A stretch of DNA of 61,838 nt from Klebsormidium nitens (GCA_000708835.1 DF237483.1:1-61838); one strand, 5' to 3'. Numbered from the stretch's first letter, positions 49,013 to 61,633 are shown. Made by a program: numbers and translations. The notes: a model not told the origin generated them from the letters alone.

Positions 49013-52000
49013 ATGGTCCAACCGGTTTGGCCATGTTTCCTCTTAACCATGCTAGCGAGGATAAGCATTCTGTCAACCATTCTAGTTGCCGCTGAAGCAC
49101 GGAGCCCCTGGCCAAGTGGCCTCAGGGCAGCCGTTTCAGGATGGAAGAGCGCAGCTCCAAAAGTGTGCCCCTGTCGCGGCCAACTCTCAGATGACTGTCC
49201 GGACGGCTTCCCAGCGGTGGGTGAACTTCCCTGGTGATCAAGCCCCCCCCTGGAAATAGGACTCACACTGCATACAATCAAGTGTTTGATTGAGAGCCTT
49301 TGAGCCGGCTGCGACACAATTGTTCCTCCCTTGCAAATGATGAGGTGAGAATTTGTATGAGAGCAGTTTTGACTGAGTGGTGTAAAACTGTTCCTACGTT
49401 ATAAGGGTTGTGAAGGATACGGAGAAACTTGCTACGTACATATCATGATTCCCTGATTTCCTGATGCAGATAGGCTGCTTCCGCTTGCGACTTCAATGCA
49501 CTTGCCAGCTCCCATCCTGCAACGCAACAGTTTCTTGCGCCGCCGGGAGTTCCTGCGACCTTAACTGGAACAAGGTAAGTCCAGGTCGCAAATGGTGTCA
49601 TGAACTGCAACACACGGCTCGTGTGCTGCGACGTGAACCCGCCTTCTCTTGAGCATTTCAAGACGCGAGCTCGTTGATGGTTCATACTCTCGGCCTTTCT
49701 TTCGATTACTTCAGGAGACTCTTGCTTTTTTCTTGAGAAGCATCTCAGTCCCTTCGGACCCCTGTCCTCGTCAGACCTACTCTGCAGCTTGCTCAGTTGC
49801 AGATAACGAAAAGCACGCTTCCCTCTGCTCTGCGTTTATGTATCATTATCATCTCTGTGTTCGTACACTTTTGCCAAATACCTTTCTCCTGAATATCACT
49901 TTGTCTCTTGACCCTTTCAGACACTCGTACTGCTTTTTACGTTCCATGCCAGTGTTTCCAAAGCCCAAAACGGGTAGGCGACCCGTGCACTGGCGACGTT
50001 GACTGTGGACCAGGCCTGGTGTGCGGTTCCAACTCTGGCCTTTGTAGAGCGAGGTCAGCCTCAGCCCCTGTTTCACCATTTCGACTGTTCCTTGTTCTCC
50101 AAGCTAGAAGCTCAGCAGGGCAAAATGGGGGTCTGGTGTTCCTGATCTCGAGGCTAGAGTTTGCGTGCTTTTGGAGCCTCCGTATCAGCCACCTTGTTGC
50201 CGGTGCTCAGTATCAAAGTCTCTTTACATTCTGAAAAGAACAACGACGTCAGTAGTCGACAGCAGCTGAGTACCCGTGCTTGTGATTGGCGCCTACTTGT
50301 AGAAAAGGGCTCGTAGCCCCTTCATCTAGCGCCAAGATCCAAGCAACTGTTGCTTGGATCTTCCTCCCACCTTCCCGAGCAAAGGTCTCGACACGATTGC
50401 CCTTCACCTTATTTACCCACTCCCATCTTCTTTCTTGGCTTGACATTCTTCTATACTCTCAGATTGCAAACCCTTCAATTTTCCGTCTCTGACTCTCATA
50501 CAGCGTAAATGCTCCCCAGTCGAGTCCACCGCCCCTCCCCCTCCTCGCCCCCGCGCAATCCCCCGGAGTCGCAAACCGGACCACATTAGTACAGTCGACA
50601 GTCGCCACCGTTAAGCTCGGCGGCACATGCTCGTTGACGTCACAGTGCGGTCAGGGCCTGCTGTGTGACCAATGCCCGGGGGGTGGTGACGTCACCACGT
50701 GTCGGCAGGGGAGCTGGGCGCTGCAGCCGTCGGTAAGTTCGATGCCGGGCCGTGTCATTCCTTGCAAAAGCAACGAGAGCTTCTTGGTCTTCACTCTGGG
50801 TTCAGTCTTCCTGTGACCACTATGAATTCTTCTGAGTCTGTTTCAATCGTTGCTTGCTTGAAGAAAACAAACGACCCAAATCGGTTGGTTTCCGTCTCGA
50901 AGTTCGTGGTTGTCATCTCCCACAGTTGAGTTCAGCTGCTTCCTCTGCAGCTCAGAAAATTGCCTACGCTTATTGTTTCGTAAAAAGTCCTCACTGGAGC
51001 ATTCTCAGGAAGGAAAGCTCTTGTTACCTTTTCGACCCCTGCGGAATTTTCTTGAACGAAGTCGGAAGCAGTATTGTACGAGAGCCGACGCACCAGGCAA
51101 AAGTCATTCGGCGAACCAGCCAACCCGCCGCCTCTAGTTATGGCGTCGCCCAAAAAGTCCGGATATTGAAGTCATGATTTCCTTGAGAAACTTGGGAGAA
51201 AAAAGCGGACCGGTTCAAGGGTCCAGCCGACGGCCAAGAAAACAGTCGTCTTGGGAGTCCACAGAATCAAAGCGCCGTATTGACTGCTCGTCCGAAACGC
51301 AATTATTTCATGTGTAGGACTACGACCGGCCGTACAACAAGGTCCCCTGGCTGGTCGCACACAACGCGTATGCGCAGAACGTGGCTCCGCCAAACACGTG
51401 GCCGTACGCCGTCTTTCTCAACCAAGACCTGTCCATTACCGACCAGCTAAACGTGAGATGCTCCCCCTCGTTCGCTTCGGGTCCGGTGAAAGTGAAGGCA
51501 CGTCGTTTGGCATTTTCAAGAAAGGAAACGGTGGCTTTCTGGGAACTAGAGAGGTTAGCCACTTCCGAGTGTGGACAAGGAGTAAAGGGCGTCCGCAGTC
51601 TTCAATTACGGTACTCATTCCCGCCTGCGACGGGTTTCAAAAGTCGTAGCCGTGACGGCATCTTCAGATGTCCGGACGGCAAACAGAAGTTGGTTCAAGA
51701 AGAAGCTTGAAATCTACGACCTCTTCTTTCTTATCTCTGTGTTGAATCTGCGCGAATGTCCTTCTCGAAAGGCGAATCTCACTGCTTCCCGACTTTCCGA
51801 TCTCAGTCCCCGGGCTTCATCCAAAAGACTGGCACCGCGTGCATGTCTGCTCGACCGAGAGTTGGTCCCTCTATTTGCGCACGTGAAACAAAACCAGAGG
51901 CGTCAACCGAGATGAGAATGCGAAACGAGAGAATGAGCGAAAACGTGAGATACTCGCCTTTGCTTTGCAGTATGGCGCGCGGGGCTTGATGCTAGACGTG

Positions 52001-53773
52001 TACTTGGTCAAGGGTGACGTGTACCTATGTCACAACTACTGCAATTTTGGAAAGGTGAGGAAAAGCCGGAAATACCGAATCTATATTCCCGTTTTAATTT
52101 CTCCCTTTTGAACCGGCTGCGGCTTGCGCGCATACGACCTGTAATCGGTCGGGTGCGGAAGTTCATTGGAGTACAGCTGCTGACATGAAACTGGCACCCA
52201 TGCTTCTCAGAACGTGGTTGTCTTCGCATTTCTTGAGCCGCTTCCATTCAACTATTTCGTTGTCTGAACGGGTTGAGTATAACGGGATCCATTGGAAAGA
52301 GACAAGCCTTCGCGGCCAGGTTCTTCTCGAGCTCGTGGCCTCCTTCGAAAACGTGCTCCTCTGAAAGTTTACGTCAGTATCCAGGCAAACGCTCTTCAGC
52401 TGTGCTTCCCCTACCATTAAGCCGCCACCGGCAGTGCTTATACAAGCTCTCTCGTTGAAATGGCCTACGCATCTTGGCTGGTCGCCGGCGTTCGTCGTTG
52501 GCAAGCTGACGAAAGCGCACGTCGGCAAAGGCCCCAGCCTGCGCAGCGCCCCAGGAAACTGACGTCAGCAAATCAGACAATCCCACCGGAGCAGACGTCA
52601 TCCTCCTTATTTGCAGGTCCCCTTGGGCCCCGTCCTGTCCGAGATCAAGTCCTGGATGGACGCGCATCCGTCCGAAGTCGTCACAATTTTCTTCGAGGAT
52701 TACGTCACGCGGACGTCACCAAGTCTACTGACGTCAGCGCTCGCAGCGGCGGGGCTCTCGCAATATTTATTCCCGCGCGCCCAGATGCCAACGGACGGCT
52801 CAGATTGGCCCTCCGTTCGGGCGATGGCGGCGATCGGACGGCTGGTGGTGTGGACGGACGCGCGAGGCGGGGACTTGCCCTGGCAGTGGGACTACTACGT
52901 GGAGGCGATGTGTGAGTGACACGTGGCTATGTTCTGAACGACAATTAGAGAATTATTCTGAGAGAAGTTCACTCACGTTTACTGTTCCGTTTTAGCTTGA
53001 CCGTGTCTTGATCAGTTTTTGACGCAACTCTATAGCACTTGTATGCAAGGAATGCTGCCAATTAAATGTTATTCCCTCTCGAATAGGCTGTCTCTCTCGT
53101 AGCTGACGGCGGCCCTCTTTCGCTCGAAAAGTTTCAGGTCTTTGTGTAAGCCTCTTCCTGCTCGTAGGCACTCGGCAGGCAGGTTATGGTCTCGGAGAAA
53201 TAACGACAAATCTAGTCCTTCGACGTGACCGCTGTCTTTATCGCCTCACATCTAGCGTTTTTCCCGAAGCTGCGAAAGCTGTACGATTCCAAAATCATAT
53301 GGTATGAAAGCAGAGACAGGAGAGATGAGACGAGTAGCGATCGAGGCCAGCGCGACCCGTTCAACTCGTCCACAGTCGCGACCTACTTTCTTACAGGAGC
53401 ATGGGTCCCTGCTAGATTGAAAAAGATTTCTGTAGCTGTTCGTACACATCTCGTGCAGTCAGTTATGCACGCGTTCAAAGCCTTCCCATTCTCATAATCA
53501 ATCATGAAACGGTGCCTGATTCGCGGTCGCGGCTTTTCCGCAGACGGCACGCGAGGGATGGATTCGGCCTCCTGTCCCGTCCGCGACAACGGTTCGTCGG
53601 GCCTCAGCGACCGCAGCAAGTCGCTCGTCCTAGTTAACTGGTTCGGCGACCTGGAGGCCTCGTCCGCCGCGTGCACGGACAACCAGCTGGTAACGCTGCA
53701 GGCAAAGCTGCAGGCGTGTTACGCCGCGGCAGGGAGCCGGTGGGCGAACTTCCTGGCAGTCGATTTCTTCCAG
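49013..53773 (+). CDS. Secreted PI-PLC X-domain protein (At5g67130-like) with Cys-rich N-terminal modules; 3' end runs into the assembly gap
   Basis: Signal-peptide-like MVQPVWPCFLLTMLARISILSTILVAAEA from ATG 49013. Cys-rich exons near 49531, 49921-50052 and 50595-50732. Core exons 51318-51452 (PYNKVPWLVAHNAYA, NQDLSITDQLN), 51971-52054 (GARGLMLDVY..LCHN), 52617-52911 (HPSEVVTIFFEDYV, WPSV) and 53544-53773 (SLVLVNWF, RWANFLAVDFFQ). Confidence 0.85.
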
Positions 53774-53886
53774 GTAAGACGCAACGGTCTGTGTATCCTT
53801 AGCAAGCCTCGGCATTGCGACTGGGAAATTCTGTTGGAGCCGACACAGTTTAGGAATAGTAAGCTTCAGGAATAGTAAGCTCACCA

Positions 53887-54084
53887 NNNNNNNNNNNNNN
53901 NNNNNNNNNNNNNNNNNNNNNNNNNNNNNNNNNNNNNNNNNNNNNNNNNNNNNNNNNNNNNNNNNNNNNNNNNNNNNNNNNNNNNNNNNNNNNNNNNNNN
54001 NNNNNNNNNNNNNNNNNNNNNNNNNNNNNNNNNNNNNNNNNNNNNNNNNNNNNNNNNNNNNNNNNNNNNNNNNNNNNNNNNNNN
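53887..54084. other. Assembly gap (198 N)
   Basis: Run of N in the sequence. Confidence 1.
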
Positions 54085-55949
54085 ATATTCTGTTGGAAGC
54101 CAGTTCACAAAATCTTCCAGCTTTGTCTTACTCATGAAGCCGAGGCACGTGTCAATTCGAAATTCGGTCCAGGTGCCCCGAGCAAAGCGGGCAGGAAAAT
54201 TCACCGTCCAATATCGTACCAGAATCTGATACCAGCCATTTTAGACTCGGCCATACAGCAAGCCAATGGTATCCTCGGATTGCCCCCGCTCCATTTCCTC
54301 CGTCTCTCTATCTGCATCTTGATCAGGGCAGCAATTGTCCCGTGCAGCACAACACCGATGGCGGAGCGTTCAAATCTCTTGAATGGCTGAGCCAACAGTG
54401 GCGGTCGTCTGCACCCTGAGCGATTGAGGGTGCGCAAGATCAAGCGGAATATAAGTTATGACCACAATTGCAGCATCGGATAGATGAATGCATTTTTGGG
54501 TTGCTTCATTGGGTAGAAACATTCAAACATTGCATTCATCGTCCTCGAAGAGTATAAATTGGCTACGTTCCTTAGACGATCATGGAGCCTCCGGTTGCGC
54601 GCTAAGAATAGAAGGACTGTTACTAACTCCGCCCTAGGAGCAGCAAGGGAGCAATAGATTAAGTATTCTGAAAGACATTGACGATTCAACGTCGATTATC
54701 GACTGCATAGCAACGGCCATATTATCAGTGGCTTGACTTGGCGCTCAAGTCACTGATCACTGCGTCTTGATAGTGATCTAACATGGACATTCTCACACGG
54801 AACTGAAATACTGCATTTTCTTAATGTTCAAACCATACAAAGTTTTAGTATCCTCGACAGGATGCAGCGGCATTTTGTTGCAAACGATCTAGCTGCGTAT
54901 ATTCAAGAGCGCGGTTTGCAAGGACAACTTCCACTGGTTCGGTTGGCATCTTTGTATAAATCTAGAAGTGTGTTCATGCAGATGCCGGATTGTTCATACT
55001 TCGCATCCAAAAGATCGGCGTTCGGGCATACCCGATGGCATTCGCGCATGTCGAAGTCTCTGGCGTCCGCATCATCTGCCCGGTGCATGTTGAGTTTGAT
55101 TATTGGTTGCAAGAAACAATTAGCAACCGGCATTTTAAAGCTTGGCCGATCGATCTGCCAATGATTTCGAAGGCTGGTTATAGCTTTTATGCTCGGATCT
55201 TGCAAGAAGTTCGGCCTCCATTTCCGAACTTATGAGTACTCCTAAGCTTTTGTTGACTCAGTGACAAACTTGGGTATAATAGTGCGCCCTCCGACGTTCA
55301 TCGTTGAAACCTGGTGATTCTTCATGCACCGGATTCTTGAGTACAATCAAAGGAACCGGTCAAATAAAGCAATAATCCAGCTGCAGGATTCCTTCGACTG
55401 CCAGGCTGAGAGGAGACCAATGTGAATCTGATGGTGTTATTATACGATCCGACCGTTTTACCGATACGGATAGGGGTTGTGTCGATGGTTCTCATCCTAT
55501 GCTCCTACAGGTCCCCAAAAGAGCAAAGGACTACCATAAGCAACTCGAGGCGTATACGCCGAATTCTACCTTCAGAAGCAAGTTATGTTATTTTCTTGTA
55601 TGTTAGAGTTCATATAGGCAACGCTTATGAGTGTTTCCTTAGGCTTATACACTAGCATTAGCCTCACTCAAACGGAACTTCCTATCGACGGTTCTACATC
55701 AAAGCATGTCTAAATTAGACTACACTGGAGCCGTTAAAACCCCCCCCGGGGTTCCTTGGCTTCTTTCTTGGACCCGCCTTTTGTGGGTGGGGAAAAGGTA
55801 CTCCAGTGCGCTTCGATGTAGAACCGTGAAGGAGCCCCCTGCGTGCCTCCAAGTCCGCGTTGGGCGTAAAATCTGCGAAGGGAAAGACTGGGGCGCAAGG
55901 ATCAAGTGCGTCATGCATGGAGGGACTGGCTATAGTAGGCGACCCTTCC

Positions 55950-56329
55950 GGTCGATTTATTTAGTGACTGCCTCAAGCCTAGAGGCAGTCCAAGTGTCAC
56001 CAATTTGTTTGGCGACTGCTCCAGTATGGCGGAGTTCTTCGAGGTCGCTCGCACGATTCTGGCGACTGGGTAAAATGGTCGTCGATTTATTTAGTGAGTG
56101 CTTTGAGTCGAGAGGCGGTCCGTTAGCGCGTTCCTTCCGAGTGTCACCATTTTGTTTGGCGACTGGTGCAGTATAGCGGAGTTCTTCGAGGTCGCTCGCA
56201 CGATTCTGGCGACTGGGTAAAATGGTCGTCGATTTATTTAGTGAGTGCTTTAGGTCTAGAGGCGGTCCGTTGCGGTCGCCAGCGCGTTCCTTCCGAGTGT
56301 CACCAATTTGTTTGGCGACTGATCCAGTA
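55950..56329 (-). repeat. About 2.5 copies of a 147/156-bp tandem repeat within an open frame
   Basis: Units start at 56000, 56147 and 56303. Minus-strand translation repeats VAKQ(I/N)GDTRKERA..NGPPLD(L/S)KHSLNKSTTILPSRQNRASDLEELR. Confidence 0.9.
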
Positions 56330-56436
56330 TTTGATGCTTCATCCTCCCTCGCATTGATCACTGAAATGTCAGGTACATGCAGTACTCTAGGTACGAGGTA
56401 ACTTATCCGGAACCGCTGGAGCAACTGGCACGATGA

Positions 56437-56492
56437 TAACCTCACCCGGGGGACGGGTGAGGTTACCTAGTTGGGTAGTTAGGCTGGGTGCG
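56437..56492 (+). repeat. Dispersed G-rich repeat, copy 4, overlapping a perfect 12-bp-stem hairpin
   Basis: taacctcacccg (56437-56448) pairs with cgggtgaggtta (56454-56465); the sequence continues to gggtgcgg as in copies 1 and 2. Confidence 0.65.
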
Positions 56493-57214
56493 GGGATGAA
56501 GCGATCATGAAGCGCGTCATTCTTTGGGTTAGCTTTATTGGTTTAGCTCCTCTTTTGACCGTCCTCGGGACATCCTCCCCCTGGCCCCTGGGCCTCGGTC
56601 CCGGGCCCTCGGCCCTCGGTCAATTAACTTCTGCGTATGCCGCCCTGGGGGCAGGCTGGACGGAGACGCCACGCGTCAGCTGCACAGGCCGTCCGTCAGT
56701 GCATATTAAAACCGAATATTCTGTTCAGAGTCCTAGACTTGGCCCGTCCTACGTGGCGGAAAGGGTCGACAACCTGAGGCTGTGGCATCGCGGGACTGGG
56801 GATTCGGAGATTCGTCGGAAGCCCACTGGCTGGCGCCCGGAGAGTGTCTCTCGCTGCAGTCACGCAGCAAGCTGCCGTCAGTCTTACAAAAGTTTTGTTC
56901 AGGCTCATGCGAACTTCGAGAAAGCACAGGTCTAGATTGGATTCCTACCTCGGCTTTCCAAGCTGCATATGCACTGGGAGTTGGGACTATCAAACCGCAG
57001 AAGGCCGTCACGCACCGTCATACTTGCCCATCGATTGTCGAGCATATATAATTAACTGCAAGCAGAAGCGCCGAGCATTCGAGTTGAAGCCTTGAAGAAG
57101 GGATAGTAACATAGTACTCGAAGGCGTCTCCCACAAGAAACCTTCTCTCATACCTTCGTTTGGCTTACAAAATCTTCTTCCCAAGTAAGTTTATCCTCAA
57201 TTCTGCGAAACACA

Positions 57215-60200
57215 ATGGCGTCCAACATGACCACCAAGGAGAAGCTGATGCACCCTGTGGCTGCCGCCAAGGAGATGATGGGCAAAGGAGGCATCCTCAC
57301 CTCCGCAACCAAAGATACTGAGACTGGTACGCACATGCCTGGTCCCAATGTCACTGGTACTCAGAGGCGGCCTGGTACCCACGCTGGTACTCACATGCCT
57401 GGTACCCACACCGGTATGAACAATGAGGTGAGAATGCTGACAGTTGTAGTCAAAATCTGAGTGCATTTTGGGAGCAGCGTTACAATTCCTGCAGGCACTG
57501 TAAAATTCCAGATTGTTGGGTTTTGAAACGTGAGTGACAGAGGGTATTCTAGTATAGAAACAAGCTCAAGTGACTATTTTTTGCCGTTGGTCCAGGTTTG
57601 GGAAGTTTTGAAGTTTTCCTGATCCAGAGCTTCTCAATCTCGCTTTCCCAACCAGGCATGCAAAATTGCGCTGAGCTGCTGAATATCCTGGGGTCACTGA
57701 AGTATCAGCTAAGATTTGGGTTTTTCAGCCACAATCCATTTGGTTAGCTCCTTCTTGACACCAGACTCTGCCAAACAGAATGCTGACGGTGCCCCTGCTG
57801 TTCCTGTGTCAGGCTGGAGAGATTGGCCGCTACGAGCAGCCCATGACCGGCGTGACTCACACCACTCCCACCACAATGGGGAATGAGGAGCAGCTGATGA
57901 CCAATGAGCTGGGAGGAACCCCGACCATGGGAACCACTGCCGGTAGTGGGGCACGCCCCGTCTTCTCTGAGACTGGTAAGAGCACTTTGCAAGATTTGTT
58001 TGGGACAGGCTTTTAACAAGACAGAAGATGAAGTGGTTCTCAGAAGAGAAACCTCCCTTTAAAACTGCTGCGCCAACAATTGACCTGTCTGTTGTGGCTT
58101 CTTTCTAAGGGATTGCCGGAGAGGCTTGAGTCAAAGGATAGAAGAGACTGTACTCATTCGAGCAAACACTTGACACTGCTGCATGCAATGCACTCTCAAA
58201 TTAGAATTATGAAATCTGATTGTGAGTTGCAGGATTTCCATTCACCAACTTCTAAGAGACATCTTTGTTGTTCCGTGTCTTTCTGGTGCTCTGTTTGCGA
58301 CTCCTTTCACCTGCTTCCTTGATCTGGCTGCGGCAGTTTGACGGGTGTCCAAAGATGTCTGTGTGATGCATGCATGCAGGCAGCCAAATTCTGCATTCGA
58401 AACATGGTGGCAACCAGTTCAATTACAAAGGCAGACCTTAACATATATGGCAGAGTCGTTCGGTTGACGTTATCATTGTAAAGGCCGACTTTTCTTGTGT
58501 TTGTGGAACTTTACATAACTGCGCCACATGTTCCTGTGAGTTTCTACAGCTTGAGATGCTCCGAGGAAATGAATGTTTGAAAAATCTCTTAATATTTGGC
58601 TATAAGAGCTCCTCTAATTGAGTATACTACATGTGCCAAGTAGAGCGGCAGGCTTTCGTCTGAAGTGTACCTCTTCCGAAAAGCAAGTTGATTAGTGATA
58701 TTTTGTAAGAAGTTGTTTCCTTTTCAGATGAAGAAAGTCGATCAATGAACCTGCAAACTATTGAAATAACATTTAGCACTTTCCCAGTCGCAAATGACCG
58801 AGAATAATGGCATCCTGTACTCCTCTGCAGCGGGCTATGGAGGCGACAACCGCTTGGGCCTTCACCAACACCACACAGGAACTGGTGTTGCTGGCGCTAC
58901 GGGTGCCACTGGTCTTGGTAAGCCAGAACCTTCATCTCGAGTGTCAACCAGACATCATCTTGCGCATCAAGAATCGTACTTTGTGATCCTTACCGCAGTC
59001 TGAGCGGAGGGAAAGGGACTTCGAAGCAGGGGGTGTAATTTCGGCAATATTTCGCTCTCCAAGATTTGGCATCTTCTCCAAATCGAAGTCAGGCAACCGA
59101 CATTCGACATCCGCCAATGTGCTTCTCTTCCAATGTTTAGCGCGCGTGTCCTCGTGGGGAGCTTGCCCTGAGATTCGGACGAATGGATTCGGAAATCTGG
59201 ATAAGCTGTCACAACCTTTGTGTATGCGCGCAGCCGGCTATGAAGCCGAGAAGCATCTGGGCCACCACAGTCAGCACACCGGTCACCACATGGGGCAAGA
59301 CGTCGGTGCAATGGGGGCCACTGGCGTTGGTGAGTATTCGTTCCTTAACCCTGATCTATAGTTCAATCAAGGTTTCAGGTTTTGAAAGGTTGAGGTGTTT
59401 AAGATTTTTCATTGTTTTTCCGCAGAAGTCTTGTCCGTGGCAAACGCGTCTTTTTAATCCCGCAGACGCCGTACCGATTAAAGACGTGGACACCTCCGTT
59501 TAGCTCGAAGCATTTTGTTGTGCCTTTGTTCGGCTACTCCCGGAAACGCTTTTCTCTGACCATCTTTCGTGCGACCTTGTCGGATGCTTTCCAGTTGAAT
59601 GGTTCGTAACCCGACGGTTTAGAGCATACTGGGAAACATCGATGAAGGGACCGTCTTTAAAATCTCCGGGATTCATTACATACACAAGCTCGGCTCGTCA
59701 GGTTTCGAGTTGCGCCAGGTTCTAAGATTGCACACTTGATGTCTTCAAATTTAGCCCGCTGTCCTGACGTCTGCCGTTGCCACGTGGCAGGTGCCTACGA
59801 GGCCGAGCAGCACATGGGCCACCACAACCGTCAGAATGACGCGTCCGTCCTGGCCGGTACCCCCGGTCTGCCCGGTACCACCGGTACCAGAGGAGAGGGT
59901 AAGCTCCTTTCAGATTAAAATCACCTTCACGAGGATTTCATGTTGGCACCTCTTGAATGTCATATACTCTTGCGAGGTTTACATAAGCACCTCTTGAACG
60001 TCATTCACTTTCGCAAGTTTACACCAACGATAGGGCGATCTGTTGGCTGGTCCACGAGGAGGGCAACTTTTTCCTTTTGTACATTCAGCACTCTGTACGC
60101 CCTCTATTGGTTGCTTATTCTGGAAGATGAGTTCTGTCTGGGTGCTCTGTGTTACGTAGCGTCTACTGATCCTCCGTGTGTCCGCTTCGAAAACGTTTCG

Positions 60201-61633
60201 TTCCAAGATCTCGGTTGCATAATTTGAGTCCGTTCATTCGAGGACCTCATACTCAAGCACGCTTTTCAGAACGCTCGTGTGCCCGCATTTTTCTCTCGAA
60301 CAGCGTCCGGTTTCCTTCCTGCACTCTGAATCAAACTTCCTGTACTTTGGATCAACTTGGAAGATCACGAGACGCAGTCTTGCAGCAAAAAGATGGCTCC
60401 TTTCAAATCACTATGGACCTGGATTCCAAAGTTTACCACTCAATAGCAGGTTGCAACTGTCCCGCTTTCTCTTGTGCGTCGCATCAACTCGCTCAACACC
60501 GATTTACTCGGGTCTTTATCCAACTCCGCTGTCCTGATCTGCCATGTCGAACCGTCGCAACCTTGACTCGAGCGCTTTCTAGACCTCTGTTTCTCTGCAG
60601 ATTGCAGTATCTACCCCTGACGACCCCCACAACTTCGGCCTAAACGTGTTTGGGATGAATACCCCCCACAACACAAGATTTATTTCAGTCTCTTATCCAT
60701 CTTCGCGTTCCCAATCTGCTTTGTCGAACGGTCGGTTGTTTTTTTCGAGCGCTTCTTAAAGCTTTGTGTTTTCTGTGGACTGCAGTGTTCCACCCCAATG
60801 ACTCAAAGCCCCACAACTTCGGGCTGAACGTGATCGGGATGAATACACCCCACAACACCAGCGACGTGCGCAGCTACGACAACCCGACCGCGGAGTCCGT
60901 TCCTCACACGACAACTGGTACGTACCAGGACTTGTCACGCCTGACTTCGGGTCGATCTGAGACTCGGAATACATCTAAGACTTTGCAGGGCAATATAATT
61001 GTTGAGGGAAAGTATACAAGATCTTACCACTTGACTCGGAAGGTTACGGAACCTCTCGAGGGAGAAACGATTTTGCGTGAACACCGCGCACATTTGCGTT
61101 CTCCATTTCACAGTTGCAAACGCATTGGCGGCGAAAGAAACGAATGGCTGTTGATCGCGGGCCGAGGAACTCTCTCTGATTTGACGCAACATGAGACGCC
61201 GTTTTGCGTGACTCTGCGCACGGATCGTCGCGTTCTCCGTCACACGGTTGCGACCGCATTCTGCGCGTTGAAAGAAACGCCGAACGGCTTTTCCTGGCAG
61301 GCTGAGAACTTTCGTACAGAAGACGTGCCATGAGACACCTTTGGCATCTCTCTTTCACTATCAGGTACTTGATAACGTTCCGTCTCGTGTACAGCCCCCC
61401 ACGTCAAGGAAGACCGCCTGGCAGCGACCTCCCTCCCCGCCAACCCCGTGATGTCCGCCTTGACCGGAGGAAAGATCCCCCCCTCCATCCACAAGGGTAT
61501 GGAGCAGGCCGGAGTGTATAATGGTGCCAACACCGGCACAAGTGTTTCTGACGTCAACCGCACGGGTGCTTATGACACCACTGGCACCACAGGGGCGCAC
61601 GGCCACACTGGATCCAGGCGTGATCTGGTTTAA
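57215..61633 (+). CDS. Gly/Thr/His-rich hydrophilic LEA/hydrophilin-like protein, 345 aa
   Basis: Exons 57215-57427, 57813-57975, 58831-58917, 59234-59329, 59791-59898, 60786-60917 and 61395-61633 total 1038 nt in frame. No Cys or Trp, repeated GT(T)G and GHH motifs, no dehydrin K-segment. Confidence 0.8.
60602..60678 (+). repeat. Partial duplicate of exon 6 of the LEA-like gene with intact acceptor
   Basis: tgcag|..PDDPHNFGLNVFGMNTPHNT mirrors tgcag|..PNDSKPHNFGLNVIGMNTPHNT at 60786. Confidence 0.85.

Larger units (their letters stand above)
54085..56492 (-). mobile_element. Probable decayed mobile element (class unidentified)
   Basis: Broken protein-like ORFs including a weak gag-like W..WTEF..F pattern next to the gap, a frame-preserving tandem repeat, a 12-bp-stem hairpin and a copy of the dispersed G-rich repeat at the right end. 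No RT, integrase or transposase motif seen. Confidence 0.3.

Noticed and set aside
55950-56329. CRISPR-like array
   Set aside because: Units are 147-156 bp head-to-tail repeats without unique spacers, in a eukaryotic genome with no cas genes.
56437-56471. Helitron 3' end (hairpin plus CTAG then T)
   Set aside because: CTAG is 1 nt from the stem instead of about 10-12, repeat homology continues beyond it, and no Rep/helicase sequence was found.
56507-56935. 142-aa ORF with a signal-peptide-like start
   Set aside because: No family motif, includes low-complexity GC repeats, and lies just upstream of the LEA-like gene; unsupported without expression data.
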